DNA from: Mayamaea pseudoterrestris | Taxonomy: Eukaryota | Assembly (NCBI GenBank): GCA_027923505.1 | Contig: BROI01000003.1 | Span: 1,302,001-1,366,000 of the forward strand | Direction: 5' to 3' | Length of the DNA stretch: 64,000 nucleotides | Made by a program: the position numbers and the translations under genes | The notes under the pieces: model-generated | What the model was told of the DNA's origin: nothing | The model's input: the letters and a program-made list of their open reading frames with translations, nothing else | Databases searched by the model: none | In this document: positions 63,110 to 64,000 of the stretch, in pieces | Layout: every line of letters begins with the position of its first letter | How positions within the stretch are numbered: the first letter of the stretch is position 1

Positions 63110-63422
63110 TTGCAGGATGCGAACGAAAACAGCGAAAATCGGGCAAGTCACACCGAATGTCCGATAGGGTGACACAGCGGCACTCGCGGCTCACCACAGC
63201 CTCACGATCGCGTGATGCGTGGCAGCGACGGCTTCGAAGCGATTCAACAAGTATATTGCTGAAACTAGTGCGATATAGAGTAGAAACAAGCAGACTTACT
63301 AAGCTTGAAGAGTTAAGAAAGCGATTTATTCGTCTCTCGTATTGTAGCAACTGCAAGCTTGGATTGGCCATCCAAGGACAGCTACAAGCGAAAGGTGCAA
63401 CGATTTGATTTACAAGTTACAA
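63110..63422 (+). repeat. 3' LTR (313 bp)
   Basis: Follows the PPT; direct repeat of the 5' LTR. Confidence 0.93.
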
Positions 63423-64000
63423 TAATGATTGTGACTAGATTGGAATTATGAGCACTACCCTATGAATGCGACGAAGAGGAGCCTCTGAGTCAGCACTAGT
63501 TCCACGCGTCCTTCCACGCGGCACGTCACTCGCTTCCCGGATGGTGAGATAAGATCGTTAGTCGTTGTAAGGGGTCAGGCGGCGGAAGGTTGCTTTCTGC
63601 GAGACGACTCCTTTGGAGATCTTGGCGATGCCATTCGTATAAAGAGTCTGGATTGTATACGGTCCTTTGCGAGGCGCATGTAGCTTTCGCAAAATACCAC
63701 CAGTTTCAAGTAGAACTTTGTCTCCCACTTTGTAGTCGTGTCGAATTCGTTTTGAGTTCTCGCGTGCATTGTTTGCAACTGCTGCGTCGAGTCGACCTCG
63801 GTACCGCTGTCCAATCGACTTGGAAAGATAAATCAAAAAGCATATCCCGACCAAATACCAATTGTCCAGGAGGCGTCCAACACCAAATGGATTGTAGAGC
63901 GAATAGCCCAAGCGCATTTACAGAGTAGGTCTGTCCATGGGTCTGGGAATTTGGTATTCCTCAAGTTCACAAGTGCGGAGCATGTTTCCAACGCGTCTGG
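63423..64000 (-). mobile_element. Degenerate Ty3/Gypsy 3' end (integrase C-terminus, PPT, start of 3' LTR)
   Basis: RENSKRIRHDYKVGDKVLL...KL.APRKGPYTI...NG...I...RRLTPY (GPY/F-type domain), stop at 63558; purine tract GGGAAGCGAG then TG at 63528. Confidence 0.75.

Larger units (their letters stand above)
57363..63422 (+). mobile_element. Copia LTR retrotransposon (CoDi group I-like) with both LTRs and no integrase core
   Basis: LTRs 57363-57675 and 63110-63422; gag from 57825; protease LIDSGANGG; RT RKARLVAGGH, ADVGNAYL, YVDD; RNase H ETATYGSEF, NPADVLTK; PPT GAGGGGAG 63102-63109. Confidence 0.93.

Overview
Gene-dense eukaryotic DNA from a diatom, probably pennate (fucoxanthin-chlorophyll LHC genes, bipartite ASA-F plastid signals, short GT-AG introns, DUF6824- and HA-type proteins, CoDi-type Copia elements). 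About 1-37.4 kb and 51.8-56.2 kb hold host genes: two HA-domain paralogs, a secreted Pro/Thr/Ser-rich protein, ITPase, an m-AAA/FtsH protease, two LHCs, an M6 protease, a DnaJ membrane protein, a glycosyltransferase-like cluster, FolD, a class III aminotransferase, RpiA and two GFA paralogs. About 37.7-51.7 kb is a minus-strand retroelement block: an APE-RT-RNase H LINE ORF2, a higher-order minisatellite, and a Copia with no 3' LTR. That Copia has a likely gag TGA-readthrough site followed by hydrophobic segments. 57.4-63.4 kb is a young Copia (313-bp LTRs with 2 mismatches, non-TG start) whose integrase region is replaced by an inverted PPT/LTR-like segment; it appears nested in a Gypsy LTR. 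Several frameshifts fall in short homopolymers and may be assembly errors. All calls were made by eye from motifs; no searches were run.
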